This document shows positions 55,805 to 64,000 of a stretch of DNA of 64,000 nt, one piece after another (within the stretch, counting starts at the first letter, position 1; each line of letters begins with the position of its first letter). The notes under the pieces are model-generated. The model was not told the DNA's origin, did not search any database, and saw nothing but the letters and a program-made list of their open reading frames with translations. The translations under genes were made by a program, and so were the position numbers. Origin of the DNA: Candidatus Methylacidiphilales bacterium (GTDB taxonomy: Bacteria; Verrucomicrobiota; Verrucomicrobiia; Methylacidiphilales; UBA1321); contig JAJSLI010000108.1 of the NCBI GenBank assembly GCA_021272315.1, positions 27,322 through 91,321 of the forward strand, written 5' to 3'.

Positions 55805-56899
55805 TCAGCCCCATCCACAAGTATCAAAGTTTGAACAAATTCCTGATTCGACGTCGTAGTCGATACGCCAACTGCTCGTGCCGCTATCGGGAACGCCCGG
55901 GTTATAATAAATTGAAAGCCCATGATCATCACCCTGCCATAAAACAAAGTTACACAAAATGTGCTTCTTTCCCTTAACCATTATTCCTACAAACTGAAGA
56001 TGATACTTGCCGTAAGCAGCTAAAATGGACGGTATCTCGTGAAATTTTTCCGAGTCCTGTATCCTTCGCGCACGATCTCCTGCAGTCTCGTTGAGATAGT
56101 GAGGATAAATCGAAGCAAGGGTTTCTTTTGGTCCCTTGAGAACTTTACCAACTGCTTTATATGCCATATTCACATCGTCGAAAGAAGGTTGCCAAAATCC
56201 GGCCTCCTCTTTCCCTAAAAGGTAACTTAGGTTTTGTTCTGCGTATTCTTTCGGAATGATGTATCCGACAAAGTCGTTCGTAGGCACTTTGATAAACGCT
56301 CCGACCGCTGCAGTCCAATATCCTGTCAGGGCTACATTCAGCACTTTTTTCGCTTCGGGATCATACTGAGCCTGCAGAAAGTGCATATCCTTGGCGAAAG
56401 CCTTCTGAACAAAAACATATTCCTTGGTAGGATCTACGGCTTTTGAATCACTGTATTCCGTATCAACGAAGTTACAAAAAACCAACTTCTTACCATCCAT
56501 AATAATCCCAACGTATTGCCGCGCATAACGGTCATAGTGTTCCCTGATAAACGTTATTTCAACCCCCTGCCTTTGCACCTCATCGGCTGAATAACCTCCC
56601 TTGGGAGCCAGTTGAGCAAAAATCTGGCTGGGATCAGTACAACCCTGATCGATCGATTTACGCAGCGCCTGCTGCGCCTCAGCTATATCTTGAAGCGTGG
56701 GCGTCCAAAAATAGAGTGTTTGCCCGTTCTTCCCCAAACTGTCATTAAAATCAGCCTTGTGGTCCAAAGCATATTTTTCGGACACGATAAGTCCAGGTTG
56801 CGCGTCCGTATACACTGGGAAAAATATCTCGTCTGCCTCACAAGTAGAAAGGACAAACAAGCCGATTAACAAAAACAAAATCGCCATCGCGATACGCAC
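55805..56899 (-). CDS. Exported hypothetical protein with two copies of an unnamed domain (low GC)
   Basis: Signal peptide MRIAMAILFLLIGLFVLSTCEA; two repeats of FWxPxxxD...YxxQ(Y/F)VG..GKK...CNF...YD.E. Confidence 0.85.
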   Translation of the reverse strand: MRIAMAILFLLIGLFVLSTCEADEIFFPVYTDAQPGLIVSEKYALDHKADFNDSLGKNGQTLYFWTPTLQDIAEAQQALRKSIDQGCTDPSQIFAQLAPKGGYSADEVQRQGVEITFIREHYDRYARQYVGIIMDGKKLVFCNFVDTEYSDSKAVDPTKEYVFVQKAFAKDMHFLQAQYDPEAKKVLNVALTGYWTAAVGAFIKVPTNDFVGYIIPKEYAEQNLSYLLGKEEAGFWQPSFDDVNMAYKAVGKVLKGPKETLASIYPHYLNETAGDRARRIQDSEKFHEIPSILAAYGKYHLQFVGIMVKGKKHILCNFVLWQGDDHGLSIYYNPGVPDSGTSSWRIDYDVESGICSNFDTCGWG

Positions 56900-57007
56900 A
56901 TTCCTTCTTTAGCCTTTCCCTCGAACAACGTAAATTCTGTTTCCGCCCCCTCTTTTCTCCAATCCTGTTAATCTGGTTAATCCTATCCAAAAACTCCCCT
57001 GCCTTCC
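56878..57007. repeat. Direct repeat copy 1 (start codon plus upstream block)
   Basis: 56878-56950 is identical to 57625-57697 (73 bp); similarity continues through three 9-bp AATCCTGTT-type units at 56961-56987. Confidence 0.95.
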
Positions 57008-57046
57008 TTCATGTCCCCTCATGTTCCTCCTGTCTAAAAACCAACT

Positions 57047-57646
57047 TTAAAAATCCTGCCACTCCTTCTGCCACAAGCCCACCATGACGAGTTCCGAGCA
57101 GGTCCTCGCGTCGGGATCGTACCAGGCCTGCACGAAATGGATTCCCTTGTCCTTGGCAAAAGCCTTCTGCAGGAACACAAAACCGCCGGCGGGATCCGCC
57201 TCCAGGCCGGCAAAATAGTTGCAGAGGATCACCTTGCGCCCCTCCACGACCAGACCCACATACTGCCGCGCGTAACTGCCGTAATTCTGGACGATGAGGG
57301 CCATCTCCTGTCGTTCGAACTCGGGTTCGCCCGGCGGATAACCCGAGGGATTGGCGCCCATGTCGGGAAAAACCGCCGCCGGGTCCTTCGCCCCGCCCTG
57401 GAGCCATTCGCGGAACACCCGTTCGGCCATGACGACGTCCTCCGGTGACGGCGTCCAAAAATCGATGTCCTGCTCGTATTCGGTCAGCCCGGCCAGAAAA
57501 TCGGCCTTGTGCCCCGCGGCATACTCCTGGGAAACGATGTAGCCCATGCCCACATCGAAAGTCACCGGCGTCAAAGCTTCATCCGCCCGGACCGCGCCCA
57601 AAAACAGGCACGACACCCAGAACGAAATCGCCATCGCGATACGCAC
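57047..57646 (-). CDS. Exported hypothetical protein, single copy of the same unnamed domain (high GC)
   Basis: MRIAMAISFWVSCLFLGAVRA signal; FWTPSPED, YARQYVGLVVEGRKVILCNY, QKAFAKD. Confidence 0.85.
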   Translation of the reverse strand: MRIAMAISFWVSCLFLGAVRADEALTPVTFDVGMGYIVSQEYAAGHKADFLAGLTEYEQDIDFWTPSPEDVVMAERVFREWLQGGAKDPAAVFPDMGANPSGYPPGEPEFERQEMALIVQNYGSYARQYVGLVVEGRKVILCNYFAGLEADPAGGFVFLQKAFAKDKGIHFVQAWYDPDARTCSELVMVGLWQKEWQDF

Positions 57647-57779
57647 ATTCCTTCTTTAGCCTTTCCCTCGAACAACGTAAATTCTGTTTCCGCCCCCCGT
57701 TCGCCAATCCTGTTAATCTTGTTAATCCTGTCCAAAACTTCCCTTGCCTTCCCCTAAAAAAATTCCGTTAATTCCGTTA
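57625..57779. repeat. Direct repeat copy 2 plus 9-bp tandem units
   Basis: 57625-57697 identical to copy 1; AATCCTGTT/AATCTTGTT/AATCCTGTC at 57706-57732; AATTCCGTT twice at 57761-57778. Confidence 0.93.
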
Positions 57780-57810
57780 CTGCCCTCCGCAGGAGTTCCG
57801 TCAAAAATTC

Positions 57811-57836
57811 AGCGACGGTCATAGACCACCGCTACA
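57811..57836 (-). repeat. GTAG-type REP-like palindrome upstream of mutL
   Basis: Reverse complement TGTAGCGGTGGTCTATGACCGTCGCT; one mismatch to the copy at 58874-58899. Confidence 0.85.
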
Positions 57837-57842
57837 TTCGTA

Positions 57843-59750
57843 ATGAACCGCATCCACCTCCTGCCCGAGCACGTCGCCAACCAGATCGCGGCGGGAGAAG
57901 TCATCGAACGGCCCGCCTCCGTCCTCAAGGAACTCCTCGAGAACGCCCTCGACGCCGGCGCGACGCAGATCGACGTCCAGATCGGCGCGGGCGGGCGCAG
58001 CCTTGTCAGCGTGACCGACAACGGCTGCGGCATGAGCAAGGACGACGCCCTCCTTTGCCTCGAACGCCACGCCACCAGCAAGCTCCGCGATTCCGACGAC
58101 CTCGACCGCATCGCCTCCTACGGCTTCCGCGGCGAAGCGATCCCCAGCATCGCCTCCGTCTCCCGTTTCCGGCTGCGCACCTGCGAGCCCGGCGCCCTTG
58201 CCGGCACCGAAATCGTCATCGACGGCGGCAAGCTGCGCGACGTGCGGGAAACCGGCCTGGCCCCCGGCACGCAGATCGAAGTCCGCTCCCTCTTCTTCAA
58301 CCTGCCGGCCCGACGCAAATTTCTCCGCACCGAGGCGACCGAATCGGCCCACTTGCGCCACGTCATGCTCCTGGCCGGACTCGCCCGCCCCGACGCCGGC
58401 TTCACCCTCACCTTCGACGAGCAGCCCCCGCAGCGCTGGATGCCCGGCGAGGACCTGCGCCGGCGGCTCATCTCCATCTTCGGCCCCGAGTGGATCGAAC
58501 TCACCGTTCCGGTGGACGCCTCGACCGGCGGACTTCGCCTCCGCGGCTTCATCGGCAAGCCCGGCGTCAGCCGCGCCGCCCGCCAGGAGGAGCTTTTCTT
58601 CATCAACCAGCGCCCGGTCGAAAACCGCACGCTCCACTTCGGCCTGCTCGAGGGCTATCACAATTCGCTCATGAAAGGCCGCTACCCGGTGGCCATTCTT
58701 TTTCTCGAGATGGACCCCGCGGGCGTCGACGTCAACATCCACCCCGCCAAGCGCGAAGTCCGTTTTCACGACGATTTCACCGTCCGCCACTTCATCGTCA
58801 AAACCGTCCAGGAGGCCCTGCGCGATTTCTCCGGCGCGCCCGCCGCGAAATTTACTTTTGATCAACCTCCCAATGTAGCGGCGGTCTATGACCGTCGCTC
58901 GAATCCGCCTTTTCCAACAAACCGCCCCGAGGATTCCGCAACTGGAGAAGCAGCAACACCATCTCCATCCACTCCCATCCTTCAAAAGCGGGAAGCCGAC
59001 GACGGTCATAGACCGCCGCTACAGGCCGAAATTCCCGAAACTGCGCGCGCACCCCTCCATCTCGAAACCGAAGCCGAGGAAATCGCGCAGCAACCCACCC
59101 TCGCCCTGCCCGAGGAGACGCTCCCGCAAAAATCGGTTCCGCGCCCGGAACAGCTCATCACCAACCGCCTCGGCCTGCGCATCACCGGCTGCATCGCCAA
59201 TCTCTACATTGTCGCGGAAAGCCCCGAAGGCCTTGTCCTCATCGACCAGCATGCCGCGCACGAGCGCGTCCTCTTCGAGCAAATGCTCCGGCGCATGTCG
59301 CTCCAGAATCCCGCCTCGCAGCAGCTCCTCTTCCCGGTCACCCTCGAATTTCTCCCGCGCGAGGCCGACTTCCTATCCGCGCAGGTCGAAACCCTTCAGC
59401 AGGCCGGGGTCGGCATCACCCCGTTCGGCCCCGGTTCCTTCCTCGTCGACGCCCTGCCCGCCATGGTCAAGGCCCGCGACGTCGCCGGTTTCATCCGCAC
59501 CATCGTCGCCGACCTCCAGCAGGAAGGAGGCGAAACGCGCAAGGGACGGCGCTTGAGCGAGGAGGTCGTCGCCAAGACCGTCTGCCGCCACGCCGTCAAG
59601 GCCAACGACGCCCTCAAGCCCGCCGAGTGGGACCAGCTTCTCCACGATCTTCTCGCCTGCGAGCTTCCCTATACCTGCCCCCACGGACGCCCCACCATGA
59701 TCCAGCTCTCCCTCGCCGAACTCGAAAAGAAATTCGGCCGGGTGCAGTAG
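57843..59750 (+). CDS. mutL: DNA mismatch repair endonuclease MutL
   Basis: QIAAGEVIERPASVLKELLENALDAGA, TDNGCGM, RHATSK, GFRGEA, DVNIHP.KREV, endonuclease motif DQHAAHERVLFE, CRHAVK, CPHGRP. Confidence 0.97.
   Translation: MNRIHLLPEHVANQIAAGEVIERPASVLKELLENALDAGATQIDVQIGAGGRSLVSVTDNGCGMSKDDALLCLERHATSKLRDSDDLDRIASYGFRGEAIPSIASVSRFRLRTCEPGALAGTEIVIDGGKLRDVRETGLAPGTQIEVRSLFFNLPARRKFLRTEATESAHLRHVMLLAGLARPDAGFTLTFDEQPPQRWMPGEDLRRRLISIFGPEWIELTVPVDASTGGLRLRGFIGKPGVSRAARQEELFFINQRPVENRTLHFGLLEGYHNSLMKGRYPVAILFLEMDPAGVDVNIHPAKREVRFHDDFTVRHFIVKTVQEALRDFSGAPAAKFTFDQPPNVAAVYDRRSNPPFPTNRPEDSATGEAATPSPSTPILQKREADDGHRPPLQAEIPETARAPLHLETEAEEIAQQPTLALPEETLPQKSVPRPEQLITNRLGLRITGCIANLYIVAESPEGLVLIDQHAAHERVLFEQMLRRMSLQNPASQQLLFPVTLEFLPREADFLSAQVETLQQAGVGITPFGPGSFLVDALPAMVKARDVAGFIRTIVADLQQEGGETRKGRRLSEEVVAKTVCRHAVKANDALKPAEWDQLLHDLLACELPYTCPHGRPTMIQLSLAELEKKFGRVQ
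58874..59023. repeat. REPIN-like inverted pair of REP palindromes inside the mutL linker
   Basis: TGTAGCGGCGGTCTATGACCGTCGCT at 58874-58899 and its near reverse complement GACGACGGTCATAGACCGCCGCTACA at 58998-59023. Confidence 0.9.
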
Positions 59751-59753
59751 AGG

Positions 59754-60401
59754 CTACTCCCGGCAAACCCTCAGCACGTACGATCCGAAACTTAGTTTGT
59801 CCCCCGCGTCCACGTAGCCTTCCTTTAACGCGATGCCGTTCACGCTCGTTCCGTTTTTCGAATCGAGGTCCTTGACCAGCAACCCCCGGTCGGTTACCTC
59901 CAGGACGCAGTGCTGCCGCGATACTTGTACGCTCACCAGGTGAAGATCGCAGCTTGGATCGCGCCCCACCACATTGGTTTCCTTTTTTAGCAGGAGCTTC
60001 ACGTGCGGCGCGCCCTCCGGCACGAAGAAATAGCCAAAGGGAGGTTTTGCCTGTTTCACGGGTACCGGTATGGCCACTGTGACTGTGCCCATTTTGCCCG
60101 CCTTTTCATCGCCCTCGACCGAATTCCGGGTGGTATACGTCTGGATGTTCACCTGCATATCCCGTTTGGGCGACTCGGCCCCCGGCAACCACTCAAACGT
60201 GGCCCGTTCCAATTCCAAAGCCCGTTCAAGCGCCGATTCTCCCGTATTCCGCTCGGCTGCCGCGTGGATCACGTTTCCGTTATCAACAAAGAGATGAACC
60301 TCCTCTTCCACATTGAAGATCCGCAGGCAACCTTTCTGGCGTAACCGACCAACCCGCACGAAGGCCTCTTCAACGCTGAAAAGTCCCATATAGGATTCCA
60401 T
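59754..60401 (-). CDS. DUF4388-like domain plus FHA domain protein
   Basis: N-terminal HLFVDNGNVIHA..GESAL...ATFEW; FHA motifs VGRD, VSRQH, DLDSKNGT.VNG. Start 60401 or 60389. Confidence 0.8.
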   Translation of the reverse strand: MESYMGLFSVEEAFVRVGRLRQKGCLRIFNVEEEVHLFVDNGNVIHAAAERNTGESALERALELERATFEWLPGAESPKRDMQVNIQTYTTRNSVEGDEKAGKMGTVTVAIPVPVKQAKPPFGYFFVPEGAPHVKLLLKKETNVVGRDPSCDLHLVSVQVSRQHCVLEVTDRGLLVKDLDSKNGTSVNGIALKEGYVDAGDKLSFGSYVLRVCRE

Positions 60402-60691
60402 AAAAATAGCTTCCGGTGTTTTTATCAATCCTGCAACCGGTTTTGCACAAGCCACTACTTGGAGCCGACGCTACAGTTTCTCCTCATTCGCTCTCTACTT
60501 GGAATAACAAAGCATTCTTCGCACCATGGGCGTCCCCGCCGCCATGTTTTCCTTGAGAGAGCATCTGAAAAGTTGGCGCAGGCCATACCGAGTTTTCGGA
60601 CAGCCTCCAGCCCGCTTTTGCCGCTTCCCACGCCAACCCGGCCTGCACAATTGCGATTTACTCCCGACCTCCTCTGGAGCATCATCCGCCC

Positions 60692-61081
60692 ATGATTACC
60701 GCGACCACCGCCAAGGTTCTCCTCTTCATTGCGTTGACGCTCGGACCGGCCAATCCGACCGCCGTCTTCTGCACCAGCCACAATGAGAGCTACACATGGA
60801 CTCCCCAGCCCTACGGATGGTACCTCAAAGCGCTCGGCTTTCCCGCCGCCGATTTCAGCCGTGACCCTGCAAAAGAGGCCATGTTCGCGGGCTCCCCCCA
60901 TAAGGGCGACGTGCCTCCCTACCTCCGCGAAATCGCCGACCACAACTGGAGCCAAGATTCCGTCGTCGTCCTCTCCAATGGAGATCGCGTCGAGAAAAAG
61001 GGCGATCACGCCTACTACGTCGTTAATGCCGGCGCCCCCAACGAAAAAGACTTCACCATCTCTTACGAAACCGAAAAGTAG
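60692..61081 (+). CDS. Hypothetical protein, probably exported
   Basis: Hydrophobic N-terminus (KVLLFIALTLG), C-ending codon bias; no family recognised. Confidence 0.65.
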   Translation: MITATTAKVLLFIALTLGPANPTAVFCTSHNESYTWTPQPYGWYLKALGFPAADFSRDPAKEAMFAGSPHKGDVPPYLREIADHNWSQDSVVVLSNGDRVEKKGDHAYYVVNAGAPNEKDFTISYETEK

Positions 61082-61170
61082 CCGGTTGATTCTGGTGAGG
61101 CTGGGCGCGTGAGGTGGGGAGAACTACCGCTAATTTTCACCTCAAAAATAGTCTTGGAAGTGCGTTATCC

Positions 61171-61199
61171 TTGACTTGGAAATTATACACATATATACT
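61171..61199 (+). promoter_or_regulatory. Sigma70-type promoter upstream of nrdJ
   Basis: TTGACT (61171-61176), 17 nt, TATACT (61194-61199). Confidence 0.7.
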
Positions 61200-61300
61200 T
61201 TCAGAGAATTCATGGTTCCGTTCTCCCTCTCAAAGTCACTCATTCGCCATCCAATCTTCAAAAAAATATCAAATTTCTTCGATTTTCGTTGACCTTAAAA

Positions 61301-61350
61301 ACCACTAGCAGTAGTAGTAGCCCCCGCGACGTGCTACCTTATACGGTAGA
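61301..61350. promoter_or_regulatory. Two candidate NrdR boxes
   Basis: ACCACTAGCAGTAGTAGT (61301-61318) and CTACC-TTATAC-GGTAG (61334-61349), cores 32 bp apart, upstream of an RNR gene. Confidence 0.45.
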
Positions 61351-61409
61351 GATTGGACTGCCGGATAGCCCGCCGTAACCAGCCCTCCCCTCCAGCCTCC
61401 TCTCGCCTT

Positions 61410-64000
61410 ATGAAAACCGCCGCCCTGTCCAAGTCCCGCTCCCGCATCGCAGAAATTCCCTCCGAAACCCCCACCGGTGGTGGTACGACCACCACTACAG
61501 CCGGTGTTCATGCCGCCGCTGTCGTCGCCGGCGAAACCACCAAGCCCACCTTCAACAAGAACGGCCTCTCGTTCCAACACGTCTTCTCCAAACCCGGCGT
61601 CCATCCCTACGACGAAATCGAGTGGGACAAGCGCACGGCCGAAATCACCGACGACGCGGGCAAGGCCATCTTCAAACAGGAAAATGTCGAAGTCCCTAAA
61701 AGTTGGAGCATCCTCGCCACCAAGATCGCCGTCTCGAAGTATTTCTACGGCGACATCTCCCACGGCACCGATCCCTACCAAGGCGGTCGCGAGACCTCCA
61801 TCAAGCAGCTCGTCCACCGCGTCAGCCGCACCATCGCCGACTGGGGTATCCAAGACGGCTACTTCAAGACCCCGCAGGATGCTGAGACCTTCTACAACGA
61901 ACTGACTTGGCTCTGCGTCAACCAGCATGGTGCCTTCAACTCGCCTGTTTGGTTCAACGTCGGCCTCTACCACCAGTACGGCATCGGCAAGGAGAGCGGC
62001 CGGGGCAACCACTTCTTCAACCGCGTCACCGGCCAGACCGAGCGCGCCAAAACGCAGTATGAATATCCGCAGGGGAGCGCCTGCTTCATCCAGGCCGTCG
62101 ACGACAACATGGAATCGATCATGGACCTGGCCCGCTCCGAGGCCATGCTCTTCAAGTTCGGCTCCGGCACCGGTTCGGACCTTTCCACCATCCGTTCCAC
62201 CCGCGAAAAGATGAGCGGTGGCGGACGCCCCAGCGGCCCGCTCTCCTTCCTCAAGGTCTACGACCAGATCGCCAACGTCGTCAAAAGCGGCGGCAAGACC
62301 CGCCGCGCCGCCAAGATGAATACGCTCAAGGACTGGCACCCCGACATCGAGGAGTTCATCGAAGCCAAGCTGAAGGAGGAAAAGAAAGCCTGGGCCCTGA
62401 TCGAACAAGGCTACGACGGCTCCTACAACGGCGACGCCTACGGCTCGATCATGTACCAGAACGAAAATCTTTCCGTTCGCGTCAGCGACGAATTCATGGA
62501 AGCCGCCATCCATGACCGCGAGTTCTGGACCCGCACCGTTCGCGAGGGCAAACCGTGCGAGAAGAAACGCGCCAAGGAACTCCTGCGCAAGATCGCCGAA
62601 GGCACTTGGACTTGCGGCGATCCCGGCCTCCAGTTCGACGACACCATCCACGGCTGGCACACCTGCAAGGGCACCGACCGGCAGCACTCCACCAACCCCT
62701 GCTCCGAGTACCTCTTCCTCAACAACACCGCCTGCAATCTCGCCTCCCTCAATCTCATGAAGTTCAAGAAGGGTGACGGCTCTTTCGACATTGATCGCTT
62801 CAAGGCCGCCGTGCGCGTCTTCATCACGGCGCAGGAAATCCTCGTCGATAACGCCAGCTATCCCACCGACCGGATCGCGGAAAATTCCCACATCTTCCGC
62901 ACCCTCGGCCTCGGCTTCGCCAACCTCGGCTCCCTCATCATGAGTTACGGCAGCGGCTATGATTCCGACGAAGGTCGCGGCCTTGCCGGCGCCATCACCT
63001 CCCTCATGACCGGCCACGCCTACGAGGTCAGCTCCGAGATCGCTTCCGCCACCGGTCCCTTCCCCGGCTACCACGACTCCCGTTGCGCCGGCGTCGAAAA
63101 GACGCTCGCCCCCGACAACGTCGCACCCATGCTCGAAGTTATCGAGCGTCACCTCAAGGCCTGCGCGGAAATCGACTCCACCGCCCCTGCCGCCCTCCGC
63201 ACCGCAGCCCGCGACGCTTGGGACAGCGCCTTGGCCAAGGGCCGCGAGCACGGCTACCGCAACGCCCAAGTCACCGTCCTTGCCCCCACCGGCACCATCG
63301 GTTTCCTCATGGATTGCGACACCACCGGCATCGAACCCGACATCGCCCTCGTCAAGTACAAGCTCCTCGCCGGCGGCGGCATGCTCAAAATCGTCAACCA
63401 GACCGTTCCCGCCGCGCTCAAGGAACTCGGCTACAACTCCGCACAGGTCGCGGACATCATCAACTACATCGACAAGAACGACACCATCGAAGGCGCGCCT
63501 CACCTCAAGGAGGGGCACGTCTCCGTCTTCGACTGCGCCTTCAAGCCGGCCAAGGGAGAACGCTCCCTCCACTATCGCGCTCACATCCGGATGATGGCCG
63601 CCGCGCAGCCCTTCCTCTCCGGCGCGATCTCCAAGACCGTCAACCTCCCCAATACCGCCACCGTGGAGGACATCATCCAGACTTACATCGAGGCGTGGAA
63701 ACTCGGCCTCAAGGCCGTCGCCATCTACCGCGACGGTTCCAAGCGTTCCGCTCCCCTCAACGTCAAAAAGACCAAGGACATGGGAACAGCGGAAAAGGCT
63801 GAAGTCGTCTTCGCGCCGATGACCCAGCCCATCCGCCGCCGCATGAACGACACCCGCATTTCGATCACCCACAAATTCGATATCGCGGGCCACGAAGGCT
63901 ACCTCACCGTCGGCCTCTTCGACGACAAGCAGCCGGGCGAACTCTTTATCACCATGGCCAAGGAAGGCAGTACCATCGGCGGCCTTATGGACACCATCGG
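61410..64000 (+). CDS. nrdJ: Class II (adenosylcobalamin-dependent) ribonucleotide reductase, 5' part; runs off the window
   Basis: ATG 61410; FNSPVWFN, SACFI, FKFGSGTG, KSGGKTRRAAKM, TNPCSE, ACNLAS, GLGFANLG, APTGTI, SGAISKTVN; C-terminal THKFDIAGHEGY. Absent from the ORF track because it has no stop in the window. Confidence 0.95.
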   Translation, partial: MKTAALSKSRSRIAEIPSETPTGGGTTTTTAGVHAAAVVAGETTKPTFNKNGLSFQHVFSKPGVHPYDEIEWDKRTAEITDDAGKAIFKQENVEVPKSWSILATKIAVSKYFYGDISHGTDPYQGGRETSIKQLVHRVSRTIADWGIQDGYFKTPQDAETFYNELTWLCVNQHGAFNSPVWFNVGLYHQYGIGKESGRGNHFFNRVTGQTERAKTQYEYPQGSACFIQAVDDNMESIMDLARSEAMLFKFGSGTGSDLSTIRSTREKMSGGGRPSGPLSFLKVYDQIANVVKSGGKTRRAAKMNTLKDWHPDIEEFIEAKLKEEKKAWALIEQGYDGSYNGDAYGSIMYQNENLSVRVSDEFMEAAIHDREFWTRTVREGKPCEKKRAKELLRKIAEGTWTCGDPGLQFDDTIHGWHTCKGTDRQHSTNPCSEYLFLNNTACNLASLNLMKFKKGDGSFDIDRFKAAVRVFITAQEILVDNASYPTDRIAENSHIFRTLGLGFANLGSLIMSYGSGYDSDEGRGLAGAITSLMTGHAYEVSSEIASATGPFPGYHDSRCAGVEKTLAPDNVAPMLEVIERHLKACAEIDSTAPAALRTAARDAWDSALAKGREHGYRNAQVTVLAPTGTIGFLMDCDTTGIEPDIALVKYKLLAGGGMLKIVNQTVPAALKELGYNSAQVADIINYIDKNDTIEGAPHLKEGHVSVFDCAFKPAKGERSLHYRAHIRMMAAAQPFLSGAISKTVNLPNTATVEDIIQTYIEAWKLGLKAVAIYRDGSKRSAPLNVKKTKDMGTAEKAEVVFAPMTQPIRRRMNDTRISITHKFDIAGHEGYLTVGLFDDKQPGELFITMAKEGSTIGGLMDTI

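Noticed and set aside
61305-63893. 862-aa minus-strand ORF
   Set aside because: Antisense shadow of nrdJ caused by high-GC codon bias; no recognisable motifs.
61410-64000. Intein or group I intron in nrdJ
   Set aside because: Conserved RNR motifs follow at normal spacing in one frame with no insertion visible up to the window edge.

Overview
A 64-kb, GC-rich bacterial chromosomal window, probably from the PVC group (Verrucomicrobiota-like; this is inferred from gene order and protein types, not from a database search). It is mostly core and housekeeping DNA. It holds two divergent tRNAs (Glu-CTC, Gln-TTG), dksA-rpsR-rpmB, ilvE, mcsA-like, pilT, rsmA, aguB-aguA, rplI-bamA-skp-lpxD, ribH-nusB, a NitT/TauT-type ABC pair, uvrD, a U32 protein, ndh, ygfZ, ccsA-hemA-hemC-hemD, rpiB-panD, mutL, and the 5' part of a class II ribonucleotide reductase (nrdJ) that runs off the right end. 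I see no integrase, transposase, prophage or CRISPR array. The most unusual signals are: (1) a 150-bp inverted pair of GTAG-type REP-like palindromes read in frame inside the MutL linker, with a third copy just before the mutL start; (2) two exported paralogues of an unnamed domain with visibly different GC content that share an identical 73-bp upstream/start block; (3) an alkaline-phosphatase-fold protein that has lost its nucleophile and most metal ligands; (4) tandem TMTC-like GT-C/TPR paralogues differing by exactly three TPRs, followed by a 16-bp palindromic VNTR with a dispersed relative 31 kb away; (5) Cys-poor, probably zinc-free versions of DksA, S18 and L28 side by side; (6) a candidate nucleoid-associated protein. 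All family assignments come from motif recognition by eye.
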